Under the pieces are notes generated by a model. That model was given only the letters and a program-made list of their open reading frames with translations. It was not told where the DNA came from and ran no database searches. 64,000 bases of DNA from Paraspadella gotoi (taxonomy: Eukaryota > Animalia > Chaetognatha), in assembly GCA_051294375.1 (NCBI GenBank), contig CM119270.1, positions 2,356,388 through 2,420,387 on the forward strand. Direction: 5' to 3'. Of this stretch, positions 41,701 through 54,748 are shown in pieces. Positions within the stretch are counted from its first letter, which is position 1. The number at the start of each line of letters is the position of its first letter. The translations under genes were made by a program, and so were the position numbers.

Positions 41701-42605
41701 TTAGACTTTGTCGTTGACCAATGGGAAGAAGGGAAAGGGAAAATGACAATATGGGTGATATAAGATAGACTAAATGTTTGGTTAATGGTTAAGACTCAAT
41801 TCCGTCCATTTCCGTCGATCTTTTTTGAACATCATCATTAGATGAAACAGAGAATTTTGATTTTCACAACGAATTTATTTAGATTAAAAACAGACATGTT
41901 TCGAACGTGTTTTCGTTCTTCATCAGTGTTTGAGTTTTGAAAATGTTATTCAAAATATATTTCAATTTTAATAAATATCAACATCAATATCTAAATATGA
42001 ATATCATGAACGAAATGGACTTATAGACAAACTTAGTTGATCTAGTGACGTGATTGCTCTTCCCACGGGCGGTTAGAGGGGGGACACCCTCGCCTTAAGG
42101 GGAGAAAAAAAAAAGAAGAAAAATAAGAATAAAGTATACAGAGACATAAAATGAGAAGCAATATAATATCAAGAAACAGGACACAGGATATCGAACATAA
42201 ACAATAATATAATGAAGAGACAGACAGAGAAAGAAAGAGAGAAAGACAGAAGGACAAGAAAGAAGAGAGCACAGATGAGAGACCGAACAACATAAATTAC
42301 ATCATACAGACCGCACAATATGGACTCATCCTACATTAACACATCTTATCAGAATTACATATGACTAGTAAACTACACCGGCAATTTGTTTTTTTACCTC
42401 TGGAGAAAAAAACTTGTGGCACGCTTTTTGTTTAGGGTAAATATTTTGGGAAGACTTCGTATTGAAACATTTTTTTTACCTGTTAAAAATTGGGATATTA
42501 TTTGTAGAACAGTTAAATATTTTTACAGTGTAAGGTTTTTATCTCACCATCTGATGGATTTTCGAGTGCAAGAAAGCACAAAAGGGTAAAATACCAAAGT
42601 TGCAT
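28510..42605 (-). CDS. Paralogue 1: secreted mosaic protein (SP, Gla-like propeptide/motif, LDLa, PAN/apple, 2x SRCR, helical putative toxin-like region, Cys-rich tail), ~1303 aa, 12 exons
   Basis: Exons 42548-42605 (MQLWYFTLLCFLALENPSD), 42398-42479, 41445-41597 (RKVR/GQTKSCNEDHKEQLKNECCSETCYWEERKEV), 40824-40858, 40354-40450, 37087-37235 (CNGINDCGNWEDEKNC, LDLa), 36740-36985, 35749-35874 and 33798-33914 (PAN-like), 33689-33730, 32906-32947, 28510-31274 (the 921-aa ORF; SRCR motif EGNVIVGGRPICDKNWEESDAYVACKSVGF). All introns are GT-AG, phases are compatible, total is 3912 nt, and exons match paralogue 2. Confidence 0.9.
37603..38560 (+). mobile_element. Second HINE-like family; fragments at ~8760-8940(-) and ~23490-23800
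   Basis: GTTGCGCCGC..GCGGAGCAAC 5' stem, GTCCGTC/GTCTGTCC repeats, 3' subterminal GCGGCGCAAC. Confidence 0.55.
38572..40314 (+). mobile_element. DINE-1/HINE (Helentron-associated)-like element; related copies at ~3933/5118-5770, ~14170-14860(-), ~15180-16270, ~36006-36700
   Basis: 5' GTCGGATCTG..CAGATCC stem-loop, (GTCY)n microsatellite, ~150-bp central tandem repeats plus a 20-bp minisatellite, 3' subterminal GCAGATCCGAC and terminal GTTTGCTCAAAC hairpin, T-rich flanks. Confidence 0.7.
39825..40230. repeat. ~20-bp minisatellite AAAAAATTATGCAAGTTG; related arrays at 1540-1885 and 2440-2630
   Basis: Visible tandem units. Confidence 0.9.
41110..41383 (-). mobile_element. Family C element in intron 3 of paralogue 1
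   Basis: Reverse-complement homologue of 58927-59211; TSD not intact. Confidence 0.78.
41888..41931 (-). ncRNA. Minimal hammerhead in intron 2 of paralogue 1, sense orientation
   Basis: AAACA-CTGATGA-AGAACG-AAAACA-CGTTC-GAAACATGTC-TGTTT; all three stems present. Confidence 0.75.
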
Positions 42606-44446
42606 TTTAAATTTGGTCCATACCTAAATTAAATTTTAAAAAAGATTGGTATTTTTGTTTGAAACGAAAATTAATTTTAAAAGTTTTATAAACACTCAGA
42701 TTTTCTTACATGAACAAGAGCAAGTTGAATATATCTAAGTGCAGGTACTTAAGGAGAACCGTTTTTATACCTACTCAACTAAAAAACATACGATTTTTTT
42801 CTAAACTGGATATCTGAGGAGCACCAAAACTAGATATTCCAGTTTTTATTTGCACCGTCAGAAATCGCCAGATCTGCAATCATCTACGATTTTTCCACCA
42901 TTTTTCTTTGATTCTTGGTTTTTGCCAGGCAGAGAGAAAGAGACCAGAAACAAGAGTCAAAAAAGTTTTTATTGCTTGGTACTTAAAACTAAAGTTACCA
43001 TTCAGAATCACAAGCAAGGTAAAACTACATCAAGCAACATTTTTTGGACCTTTTATGACCTTGACCTCGGAAATTGGGTCGTGAATCTCAAAGTTTTTTC
43101 TCCAAAGCCTCTTTTCAAATTAATTGGATAGAATCGGATTCGCTTCGGTGATTTTTGACTTAAAATCATTTATAATTAAAAAAAAAAAACCGTCTAATCT
43201 TCGTCAACTAATAATACCCGGTTATCCAAAAAAACTATGCTTTGATGCCGAATTTTTTTGGGGGATTTTTTCCTTTGACCAAAAGTGTTTGATTGGGCAT
43301 TTCTTGGCAAGTATCGAGCTTGTCTTTCTGATATTGAGAAAATGTACTATAGCCTTGTCCAGTTATCGTGAAATTCGGTAAAATTCATTTTCTATTGCCT
43401 CGTAGTAATGTTCAATTTATTTTCTACTTAACGACGTAATAACATCTATTATTATCTAATAATATCATCATTTTTTATACAAACCATCGAAATGTTAAAA
43501 AAAATTATGTTTTTTTTTCTTCGTATAATATTTTGATTAAACAAAATCGTTTGTTCAATGAATGGTACACTTTTGTTAGACATCTGGGTAAAGCAACTCG
43601 TATCGATTGCCGTGGCATTTGACACGACCGTGGCCGGAAGACTCGACGATCAGTCAAAATCTGGGTCTGGGTATAATTAATGTGGACGGTAAAAGAAAAA
43701 AAAAAAACACCGATCGGCTTCGATAAATTTTGAAATATTCGGCAACCAAAAAAGACATCGCTAAAATAACAAAAAAAGTATAAATATTTTAAAGTTAGAT
43801 TGATTAGGTTGGTTGAAACGTAGTAAGTACTTAAAAAGTTAATTTTTTAATCATTAGAAATTTGCCTTTAGAAAGGGTCAGAGATTTAGGATGCAGGAAC
43901 ACATATTAAGACAAAAGAGAATCAAAAATACTTTTTTGCCGCAAAAATTAATAGATTGGCTCTTTAAGTATTTTTCACAGCAGGATTAGTTGTTTTCGCC
44001 AACACAGCTGAATTTATTTATCATTAGGTAAGCTCTTTTGATGTACGTGGCGCGGGTTTGCGTCTTTATTGTCGTCTNNNNNNNNNNNNNNNNNNNNNNN
44101 NNNNNNNNNNNNNNNNNNNNNNNNNNNNNNNNNNNNNNNNNNNNNNNNNNNNNNNNNNNNNNNNNNNNNNNNNNNNNNNNNNNNNNNNNNNNNNNNNNNN
44201 NNNNNNNNNNNNNNNNNNNNNNNNNNNNNNNNNNNNNNNNNNNNNNNNNNNNNNNNNNNNNNNNNNNNNNNNNNNNNNNNNNNNNNNNNNNNNNNNNNNN
44301 NNNNNNNNNNNNNNNNNNNNNNNNNNNNNNNNNNNNNNNNNNNNNNNNNNNNNNNNNNNNNNNNNNNNNNNNNNNNNNNNNNNNNNNNNNNNNNNNNNNN
44401 NNNNNNNNNNNNNNNNNNNNNNNNNNNNNNNGGAGAGAAGAAGAGA

Positions 44447-44521
<75 letters not shown>

Positions 44522-44567
44522 AAGAGTGGATTCCTTTCCGTACTCATCAACTTTTCAGGTTGACACT

Positions 44568-44674
<107 letters not shown>

Positions 44675-44731
44675 CTCTCTCTCTGTTTCGATTTTTGTTT
44701 GGATGGGATAAAGAATGCAGCGGAGTCGTCA

Positions 44732-44762
<31 letters not shown>

Positions 44763-44795
44763 AGGAGACCACGATGATGAGGACGATTAAAACGA

Positions 44796-44835
<40 letters not shown>

Positions 44836-47260
44836 AACTTTATTTTTTCTCTAATTGGTCGAACTAAATTTTACGTCAAACAGTGTTTGTAGTTTTTCAA
44901 GACACCAATGGCACCAAAGCGGTTTACGTCCATCCTCACGTTTCCCTTTGGTTAAAGACCGGTTTGGCTTTACTCGATGAGACACCGGGACAGGAATAAG
45001 GGCGTGATATGTAAATTGCGAAATGAACCCGGTCAATTCCCGCTACACATTTGGTGAATAACTAACAACTATGTTTTTAATTTCTCTTTCAATAAATCAA
45101 TTTTTAAACAAAGAAAGCACGTCTTAAACAGGAAATAAATTGTTTTTCACCTCATTATCCGTTCTTGCCCAACAAGCATCTTACCTTTCCTTCTTTCCTC
45201 ACCCTATTGGCCCTTCCCAACTCAATTCCTCCCCACTTCACCAACCACCACCCCTCCACATCCCAACCTTTTTCCCCCTAGGGATGGCGTCACAGTTGGT
45301 CGTCAAGGTGTTTTGTATTGTCCCCCTGGGAGCAGTGAAAAGAAAATCCGCGATGGGAGAAAAATAAAAAGAAACGCTGCTTTTTCAACCTTTTTTCCCC
45401 TTTTTCTCTCTCTCTTTTATATTTCTTTCCTTTTCTCCCTTTTTTTCTTTCCACCACTTTTTTTCTTCTTCTTCCTACTTTTTTCCCTTTCTTTCATTTC
45501 CTCCTTTTTTTCCTTTCCTCCTTTTTTCGCTCACATTTCTTTCTTTTTATTCCCTTTTTTCTTTCCTCCTTTTTTCCCTCTTTTTTTCTATTTTCCCTTT
45601 TTTTCCTTTCTTCCCTTTCCTTTCTTTCCTTTTTTCTTTTCTTCTCTCTTTTTTTCCTTTTTTCCCTTTTTTCTTTCTTTTTTTTATTCTTTTTCTTTCC
45701 TTTCCTTCCTTCTTTAAATTTTTTTTCCTTTCCTCTTTTTGTCTCTCACATTTCTTTTTCTTCCCTCTTTTGTCTATCTTTCATTTTTCCTTCCTTTTTT
45801 TTTTCTTTCTTCCCTTTCCTTCTTTTCCTCTCTTCCTTTCCTTCTTTCCTCCCTTTTCTCCATTATCTCTCCGCTAATTTCGTAGGCCGGGATTTTTTCC
45901 TGTGGCTCCTCAGCTTCTCTTTCGTCTGTTTTTTTTCTCTTTTCTTTTCCTTTTCCTCTCTTCTCTTCTCTAGTCTTTCAACCAATATAAAAATTATTCA
46001 TTCATTTACTCAATTTTATTAAAATAAAAAAATAAAATATCACACACCTAATAATAATATATAAAATATATATTTTATTTTCATTATTTTTCGTCTTTTA
46101 TCTTTCAATATTTCTTCTTTTCCTCTCTTGTTTTCTTTTTTGTTCTTTCTTCCTTTCTTTTTCTCCTTCTCTTTCTTTCCCCTACTTTCTTTTTTTCCTT
46201 TCTTTTTCTCCTTCTCTTTATTTCCCCCACTTTCTTTTTTTCCTTTCTTTTTCTCCTTCTCTTTCTTTCCCCCACTTTCTTTTTTTTTGTTTCTTTTTCT
46301 CCTTCTCTTTCTTTCCGCCACTTTATTTTTTTCCTTTCTTTTCCCCCTGCCTTTTTTCCCCTCTTCTCTCTCTTCCTCATCTCATTCTCACGCGATTCCT
46401 CTCGCTCTCTCGATTTCTCGCCTTTCCTCTCGCTCTCTCGATTTCTCTTTCGACGAAATTCCCTAGAGATTGTTCCCCACCATTTAGAGGAAATAATTAT
46501 ATAATGAACGCCTTAATATAACCAAATAGGAAATGTTTGTACATATAAACAGACTGTGGCATTTCTGATTAATAGGAGTTTTATCTGTTTCATCTCTGAG
46601 TGAAATCAAAGAGAAAAGATTCAGAATTGCATTATTTAATATATATGAGGAGATGCAAAGTAAATGCAAAAAACCGAAAATTAGGAAACTGGTAATAAAG
46701 GATCATAAATAAATAATAAATGATAAATGATAATAATTCGTCTTTTCACTTTGGACTTTGGACAGGCTTTGGTGGGTTAAAGGCCCCATTGTTGTCACAA
46801 GTTAAAACATCGCAATACTCTGCAATGTGTTATACATCACTGAATTAAAATTTAAACTCCCTAATATTATTAGTAATAAGGCTAAAAAACAGGTGCAATT
46901 AGAATAAACTGAGCAAATCAATGTGCAATTCCTAGATATAAAGTGTAAAAAAGTGTAAAAACTCAATGCACAAAAGCGACGGTACGAACAGCCGCAGCTT
47001 TTTTAAACTCACCCAGCAGCGAAGCGGCCGATAACTGGGTAAGTGCCTCTCTTGTCCGGAGTAGGTCTCCTTCAAGAGGGTAAGTAAGAAACCTTTGAAG
47101 AGGTTCACCTCTAAAGGCTTTTTAATGATGGCTCGTCAAAAAATAGCTGAGCTCTGCGTATTCCTTTCTCCCGGGTGGAACTGAAGGTCCGAGAAACTTT
47201 TCCGCAAAACTCTCCACTTTTTCGTCCATGCACTCTCTCTCACTTTCTCTCTGTCTCCCT

Positions 47261-47345
<85 letters not shown>

Positions 47346-48265
47346 AATGTTGTCTCGCTCTCCCCATGTTTATGAGCCAGACGTAAGGAGCGGAGCTTAT
47401 ATTCCTTTGTTTTTTTTTCCATGGTGGCGATGGAATTGGTCCCATAAAGCAAGAGGTTGTCCTGCGTTTCGGTCCTGATTAATTTTCATTATTTTATTCC
47501 ACTTCTCTTCTCTTATTTTGTTTTTCGTAAAAGTGGACCAATTAAGTTTATATTCCAAACTACTCAAACGGGTTTTTTTTTCTTCGTTTTACGTAGTATG
47601 TTAGTTTTATACATTTATTATCTTTTCATAAATTATCTATGGACTTTCATGATAACGCTATTCGAAAGAGTCAAGTAATTGATTCGCCAAAATCTTTTTC
47701 GTCTAACAATTAAAACAATTAAAAACAAATTAGTTTTGAGAATTTTGTTTTATATATACTTCGTATGTATATTATAAATCATGATACAAAAAGGCGTAAC
47801 TTGTCTAATCACTAAATGTTTAAATTTCGCCTATTTATAGGAAGATTTCGCTTATATATATACACCGATCGAAAATAGGGGGCGGGGACCGGGGGGCGGG
47901 GGGGGTGGTAATTACGGGTGGAAAGATGACAGAGAAAAATATTTAATATGAAAGAAAAAACAGTGAAATATGGCAGAGTTATAAGACACATGCAACGGTT
48001 ATAATGTTTGTAGTTTCGAAAACAATTTAAAAACTTGAAGCATCGTAAAATGTCATTTCATGAGTATTAAAAAAACTTTTGCACAAAACAATTGGCAAAA
48101 AAAAGGAATATTAAATGCGCCCCGTCCTATTACAACTTGTTAACAGGTCGTTCAACAACATAATATAACCATAGACCAACCTACAACATTATGTATTCAT
48201 AAAACTATTGACAAGTTTTGTTAACTTTGTTAAATTTGAAACAGTTTCTTAAAATAAAACGACTA

Positions 48266-48609
48266 CAGAAGGTTTCATATTATAAAATAAGGTACCCCTT
48301 TTTTGTGACCAGAGCACGTTCCTAGAAAACTACTGGACAAAATTTATTGAAATTAAGTATGAATGATCCCTATTTAAATACGAATAGAACTATCGCGTCG
48401 AATTTCAATATTTTACCCCTGAGCCGAGATATGGGGCCCCAGAGGGGTCACCCTTAGGGGCAAAAAATTGTTTTCATTATTTTTGTTTTTAACAGTTGCA
48501 TAGAATTTTACTTTAAATGTAAAATTTCATGAAATTCGATCAGATAGTTTGGTAGGAACAGATTCTGGTCACAAAAATGGGGTACCTCTTTTTAATATGA
48601 AGCCTTCTG
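48266..48609. mobile_element. Tc1/mariner-type MITE immediately 3' of the paralogue 2 stop codon
   Basis: ~60-bp imperfect TIRs CAGAAGG..TCATATT..GGTACCCC..TTTTGTGACCAGA; TA TSD. Confidence 0.82.
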
Positions 48610-48657
48610 TAGATAAGTAATGAATGATACTATTTATACTACCATACTAACAACAAA

Positions 48658-51600
48658 TCATTCTTCGACGCAACCAAATGTACCAGGAGCTGATTTATAA
48701 CCAGCTGGACATTTTTCACAATAATTTCCATGAAGTCTCGGAACGGATCCTTGTGGACACTTCGTGCATGGCGAAAGGTGAGAAAGTTCTTTGGCTCGAT
48801 CGTAGTAATGTTTCTTTTTGTTGACGCAACATTCCGCGGCTTTTTTCTCCATTGGTTCCTCCGATCTTTTCAAAAGTTTTCTGTCCGTTTGACACATTTT
48901 GATCTGCGCTTTGAGATAAAGCGGAGTTTCTGGAAACATTTGCGGAATTACGCGAATCTGGTGGAAATCAAATTCTATTTTCCACTTGGACATTAGATTT
49001 GGAAATATGGGACCGTCGAAACTTCCCGGTTTAATCACGCAGAGTTTGTCGAATTTCTCTGGGCAGAAGGGCAAATCGTAGGGACTCTCTCGTAAATCCG
49101 GACAAGTAACGTCATTCAACGTCATGCGGGTTTGCAAGTTGACCGGTTCCTCGATCGTGTATGGAATTCCGTTCAGCCGAGTTTCTAACATTGTCATGGT
49201 AGTGGAAATCTCTGCTCTCTTATCGATGGTAAACGGGAAAGGATAAATTGACATTTCTGTGATGAAGAAAGGCCAGTTTTTATTGATTTGATCCTGAGTA
49301 AGCCATCCGTTATCAACCAACCATTTTTTGTTGGGCACTTGGAAGAACAATGAGCTCTTTTTATCCTTATTCAACACTGCCATAACTGAAAAAAGATTCA
49401 GGGTACCATTAGGTAACTTTTTGTTGTCTTTCGATACTCCCACGGGTATATCGACTGTTTTATGAATGATTTGGCTCTTGGGACATGCCACATCCGCTCC
49501 TGGCTGAAAACCGGTATAATCAATTAATCCTAGCATACTCTCGTCTGGATTTTTCTTCAATTTTTTACAGACTGGCCTTTCGATGCCATGCTCCATGTAT
49601 GTTTGCATGTGACAAGCGTCGTGGATGAGAGTAAGTTTATGATTACGCATGAGAGCGAAGGCATTAAACTTAGCTATTTCCAAGTCGACTTCTTCCGATA
49701 AACTGAACTTAAATCTTTCCCCTAATTTTTTAGCAGAGTCCTGAGCCAATTTTGCGGCAGCTATCGCTTTTATTACTCCATCATAGTCCTCTTCAGTTTC
49801 CGCTAATTTCTCGTAATAATGGGTTAAAACGGCAAACTCTTCTTTAGCTTTGGGACAGACTCCTTCTCTAACGCCTTTGGATTGAGCCATTCCGCTCAGC
49901 ATGCTTCCTCCCTCGGAGAATAACTCGCAGGTTTTATCGACGACAAATTCTAATTTCGCGAGCATTCTCGCGGAATCAGCCGATTGGAAAGAAAGCGTCA
50001 CGTCGTTGCCAACGGTGACGACTCTCTTGGCGTCTTCCAAATTGATGCGTCCGCCAGCTCCCGCCTTTGCGATATTGGCCATTGATTGGTATAAAGCTTC
50101 ATTTTTGTCCACGTTTTCTCTAATATTGTTGCCCAACTTTTTAATCTTTGGAAGCTCATCTTTCAAAAATTTTAACCATTCGATGTTGACGGCCGCCCTG
50201 GTTGCCCGACCGAGTTCGGCATTGAGCTGAATTGCCGAATCGGCGTAGTCGCCCGGCCCCATCTCAACTTTTTTGAAGGATAACATAGCTAAAACCACCA
50301 TGGCTAATGCATCAGCCAGCTCTGTTTCGACGCTGACAGTCGCTGCCTTGAACAACTCATTGACGCGCAGGCTTACTGCAGTGCCTGTGATGTCGAGCTG
50401 TTTTTCATAAAAAGCCCAGTTAGTTTTTAAAACTATGTAATCAGCGTTGAGCTTTTCCGTGTCAAACTCGGCAATTTTGGAGAAATATTTGGATAACTCT
50501 CGCTGAAACTTTCCAATTGTCAGCTTCAGATCTCCTAATTTTAATCTCAACTGGTTAAAGTTGTCTTTCATGTATTCGTGCTTGAGTCTTTCAGCATAGT
50601 TGATTTTCATAGATAGAATTGGTCTGGGACTCGGTTGTTTCAGCATCAGAATCGCATCCTCAAAGAAAGCTTTGATACTACAGTATTCTTTATAATCGGG
50701 AAGCCCTTTACTGCAATCCCAGCGATAGCAGGTCTTCAATAAACTAGCCTTTGCTTCTTTTACCGAAGCTAAGATATCATCAACCGAGGGCGACATTCGA
50801 ACCATTTTAAGTATTTTCATCAGCATCGGTGGGGTGCATTTAGCGCATTCAACTCCTACAGCGCGACTGCAGCTTGGGCCGACACTCATTGAACATTTCG
50901 CGATGGAATCTTCTCTTCCATCGTAACAACGAGTGTTTTTAATGTTAAATTTACCATAATGACTCTTTGTATGAGTTTTATAAACGGGAACTATGCCGTC
51001 TCGCTTTTCAAATTCCTTTCCTTTTATAGTGTTACACAGAACGGCACTTTCTTTTGGCCCCCAGTTCTCATTACAAAAGTAATAATAGCCAACCCTAACT
51101 ATCCAATCGCTCTGGTGAACCAATAGCTTTGGATCTATGCAAGTGGCACCGGCTTGGCCATTAGGCCCGCAATAGTTACTTGTTTTAAAATCGCAAAGAG
51201 GCAACTTGGAATCGAATCTGTCGCAAACAACATCTGACATGATAAAATCGTCCCTTACAAATCCGTAATAACCTCCACTATGGGGGATGGCCTTTGTCTT
51301 ATCGCTAAATCCCGCCGATCTGCAGGCGACATATGCATCAGTTTCTCCCCAGCGAGTATCACAGATTGGGCGTCCACCAACGATCACGGTTCCTTCCATC
51401 TTGGTTCCTTTGTTTTTTACTGAATTTAAAAAAAAAGAAAAAATGATGAGATAATTTGGAATTTTACGATTAATTTAATTTTAATTTTCTTATACAAAAT
51501 TAGGCTAAATGATAAAAAAATTAAAAATTAAACAAAATTTGTTTATGGCTACCACGAGTGGATCAAACTACACAACTGAATACAAGGACGTGATAGGCTT

Positions 51601-54486
51601 GGGGGATATTCCCTATTGGCAAACTGTTTGCAGTTTATTTCGAAATATATATTTTTATAGTTGCTGAAATATATTCTAACTGACTTCTTACCTGTGCAAG
51701 CTTTCGAGATCCGGCAATAGGCTCCATTGTCACCTATAATGCATTTAAAAATACATTTTTAATTTATATACATGTAGGTTTTATATATAAATGTATTGAT
51801 AATTGCTCTTTTTTAATATGCTTACCATCACATTTTGCTTTTGTTACTTCGCATTTTGCGTTGGAAGCTAAAAAAAAAAACGAGTTGTTAAATATTTACA
51901 TATGCTGTGCATAAGTATAACTATAACTATAAAGAATTGATAGCAATATTGATTTGATAATCAAGAGAATTACCTGAAGCCTGATTCGAGCATCTTCCTG
52001 AAGTCATACTGAACCACGTATAAGGGAAAGGATTTTTGGCAGTGATTGACTTCTTCAAATAACAGATCGTGAATGCTCCATAATATGAATATCCTTTTTT
52101 AATAAAAATATTATCAAAATATTTGTTAGAATACTTTAAAACGAGTGAAATAATTTCATCTCTGATTTGTTTACCTACGCAACGAGAATCACTTCCACAT
52201 TGTTGTTTACATTGATTCAAGGAGATTCCAACCCTTGCAGCAACATCTCCCCCGGCAAAGACAACATTTGCCTCCTCGTCATAGCATCCTTCGGTCAAAT
52301 ATATGTATAGAAATGTACATATATGTATAATTAACAGAAACTCATCAGTACATTTGAGTTTTTTTTAAAGTAAATATTATTGACAACATTTGAGCTGTTT
52401 CAGACAGAAAAGTCATAATTGCCATTTGGATTTTGAAATTTAAATTTTAAAATTTAAAATTTTGTATTTAGAATTTAAAATTTAGAAATAATTATTTAAA
52501 TTTAAAAATTTAAAATTTAAAAATTATAAATTAGTATCAAATTATAATATTTTGAATTTTAAATTTTGTAAATATTTTAAAACCAAGGAACTCACGATAA
52601 GACGTTCGGAATCGGACTTTCTTGCAATGATTCTGGAATTTCCGGATGCCGGTCGAACTTCCCCACCAATTTGCTCCCGTCTTCCATTTGGGCAGAATGA
52701 TGTGGGGGTCAAGAGGTGTGGTCCCTCTCATAGGAATAATGGAATGACGTTGACTCCAAGTCCCAAAGGAAAGAAACTTCTGCGCATCAACCAATTTCCG
52801 AGTAATGCCAATAATTCCGTCATTGTTTGCAGCGCAGTACCAGTAGTGATTAAAATCTGGGAATGAGAGATACGGAAAAAAAAACGTTGTAATGATGAAT
52901 GATATTCTTTTTCGAGGTTTTTTTTTTATCAGTCCAAACCTCGAGATCCATCCACGGTGATCAACGCCGTGTCCTGATCTTCAGGATTGAGCTTTTTGCA
53001 ATTTTTTTCATCTTCCCAATTTCCACAATCGTTGATGCCATTGCATCCGTGAACTTTGGGATTGAAGCACATTCTCGACGGCCACCCGCTGCAAAGTTAA
53101 TTATCTAAGTGATGCACTTACTTGTGTCTGGGAGCTACGACCAGTGAAATAAAAAATTTTAAAGTAGACAAAAATAAAGTATAAAGTACGCTAAATTGTC
53201 CTACTTGCTCATTCGCACGTTGCACACTTTCCAACCAGAAGGACAGATGCATCTTTGAACGTTGCGATAGAGTTCATCTCCTCCGCACTCGTAAACTGCA
53301 CCATGGCTTCTCTTGCAGCGGCATTTTTGATTTTCTCTGTTTTAATGTTGAGACAAAAAAAGGGATGTGTTTATTTTGTAATATTGTGTAGCCTAAATGC
53401 AGCAGACTTGAATATGCTGTACATATGTTTACTAACCAATCGAGAAGCGCCAATAATTGTGAAAAAAATCAGCTTTCACTATCTATAAAATATAACAAAT
53501 TAAACAAACACTTTTACTTGGACTAACCTTGTATAAATTTAAACTATTTTTGATTGGTTGATTTATAAACGGACAAATTAAAAAAAATTTAAGAAAGGAC
53601 CTTGCTAAAAATGGCTCTCAAAATAAGGATGAATAAAAAAGCAGTTTTTATCACGTCTGCACACCATATATAGTTTTATACAGTTCTATTGTATTCGATA
53701 GTAAAATCCATAAAAAAATTCATAAGGTCCCTATTTTAACTGTTTCCCAGGACGGGTCTTCACAACTTAAAAAATGATTGTTGACCTGATTGAGAACTCG
53801 CAAAGCGCATCGTTGATGCTCGCCCATGAGCAAGAGACCTCGGCCCTCTCTTCCCAAGAGCAAGTGTTCGTGCAGCACAATTCTTCCAATTCTTCTTTGT
53901 CTTCGCTGCTGCAACTTCCTCGCTTTTTTCTGCGGAATTAAAAAGTCAGAAAGAAAAATGTTTGTTGTGAGAGAGACAGACAGACAGACAGTCAGACTGT
54001 TGGTGATTGTACGAGGGCCTTGTTTCATCAATGCACCATTTAAATAAAAAAGATCGGAATTAAGGTTAGTTTTTTTAGGTTTAAAAATTAGGTTATACTT
54101 ATAGATTTGCTTAAAATTTGTTTTAGGATTAGGGTTAGTGATTGGGGTTTAGGATTATAAGATAAGGTTAGGGAGGTGAGGGATTAAGGATTAGCTTAGG
54201 GATTAGGGTTAGGAATTAAGGATTAGCTTAGTTATTTGGATTAGTAATTAAGGATTAGCTTAGGGATTAGGGTTAGGGATTGGGTTAAGTATTTGACAAG
54301 AGATTTGTGTTGGATATTGAGGTTAACATCAAGTTTAGAAATTATGAACACAAATAGGAGGCTTTTAGAAAATAGTGCCCCATGATAGAACCATGATCCT
54401 ATTACCAACAATTTTTTTTAACTAAGCCATAATTTTAAACTTTAATTAATATGTCGATTGTGTTACTGTATTGTTACTAGAAAGGA

Positions 54487-54531
<45 letters not shown>

Positions 54532-54748
54532 TTTATCACCTGTCGAGGAAACTTGTCGCTTGTTTTTTGTTCAGGGTGAACATCCCGGGAAGACCGCGTT
54601 TTGTTCCATTTCTTTTGCCTATGATTTATACATTATACCCGGATGTTATTGAAATGCAATGGAATGGGTCGTAATACAAAACAATATTACCTGCTGCAGG
54701 ATTTTGTAGTGCAAGGAAGCACAAAAGCGCGTAAAACCAAACTCGCAT
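48658..54748 (-). CDS. Paralogue 2: same architecture, ~1300 aa, 11 exons
   Basis: Exons 54691-54748 (MRVWFYALLCFLALQNPAA), 54540-54618 (GMFTLNKKQATSFLDR), 53786-53929 (KKR/GSCSSEDKEELEELCCTNTCSWEERAEV), 53205-53336, 52940-53088 (LDLa), 52596-52856, 52175-52288 and 51974-52093 (PAN: CKQQCGSDSRCVGYSY..ICYLK), 51826-51867, 51692-51733, 48658-51419 (contains the 913-aa ORF). GT-AG, phase-consistent, 3903 nt. Confidence 0.9.
54060..54290. repeat. Degenerate TTAGG/TTAGGG-rich tract; similar tracts at ~33480-33580, ~58843-58926, ~8680-8725
   Basis: Repeated TTAGG(G)/ATTAGG units. Confidence 0.65.

Noticed and set aside
54060-54290. Telomere or interstitial telomere
   Set aside because: Highly degenerate, short and recurrent in introns; more likely a simple repeat carried by TEs.
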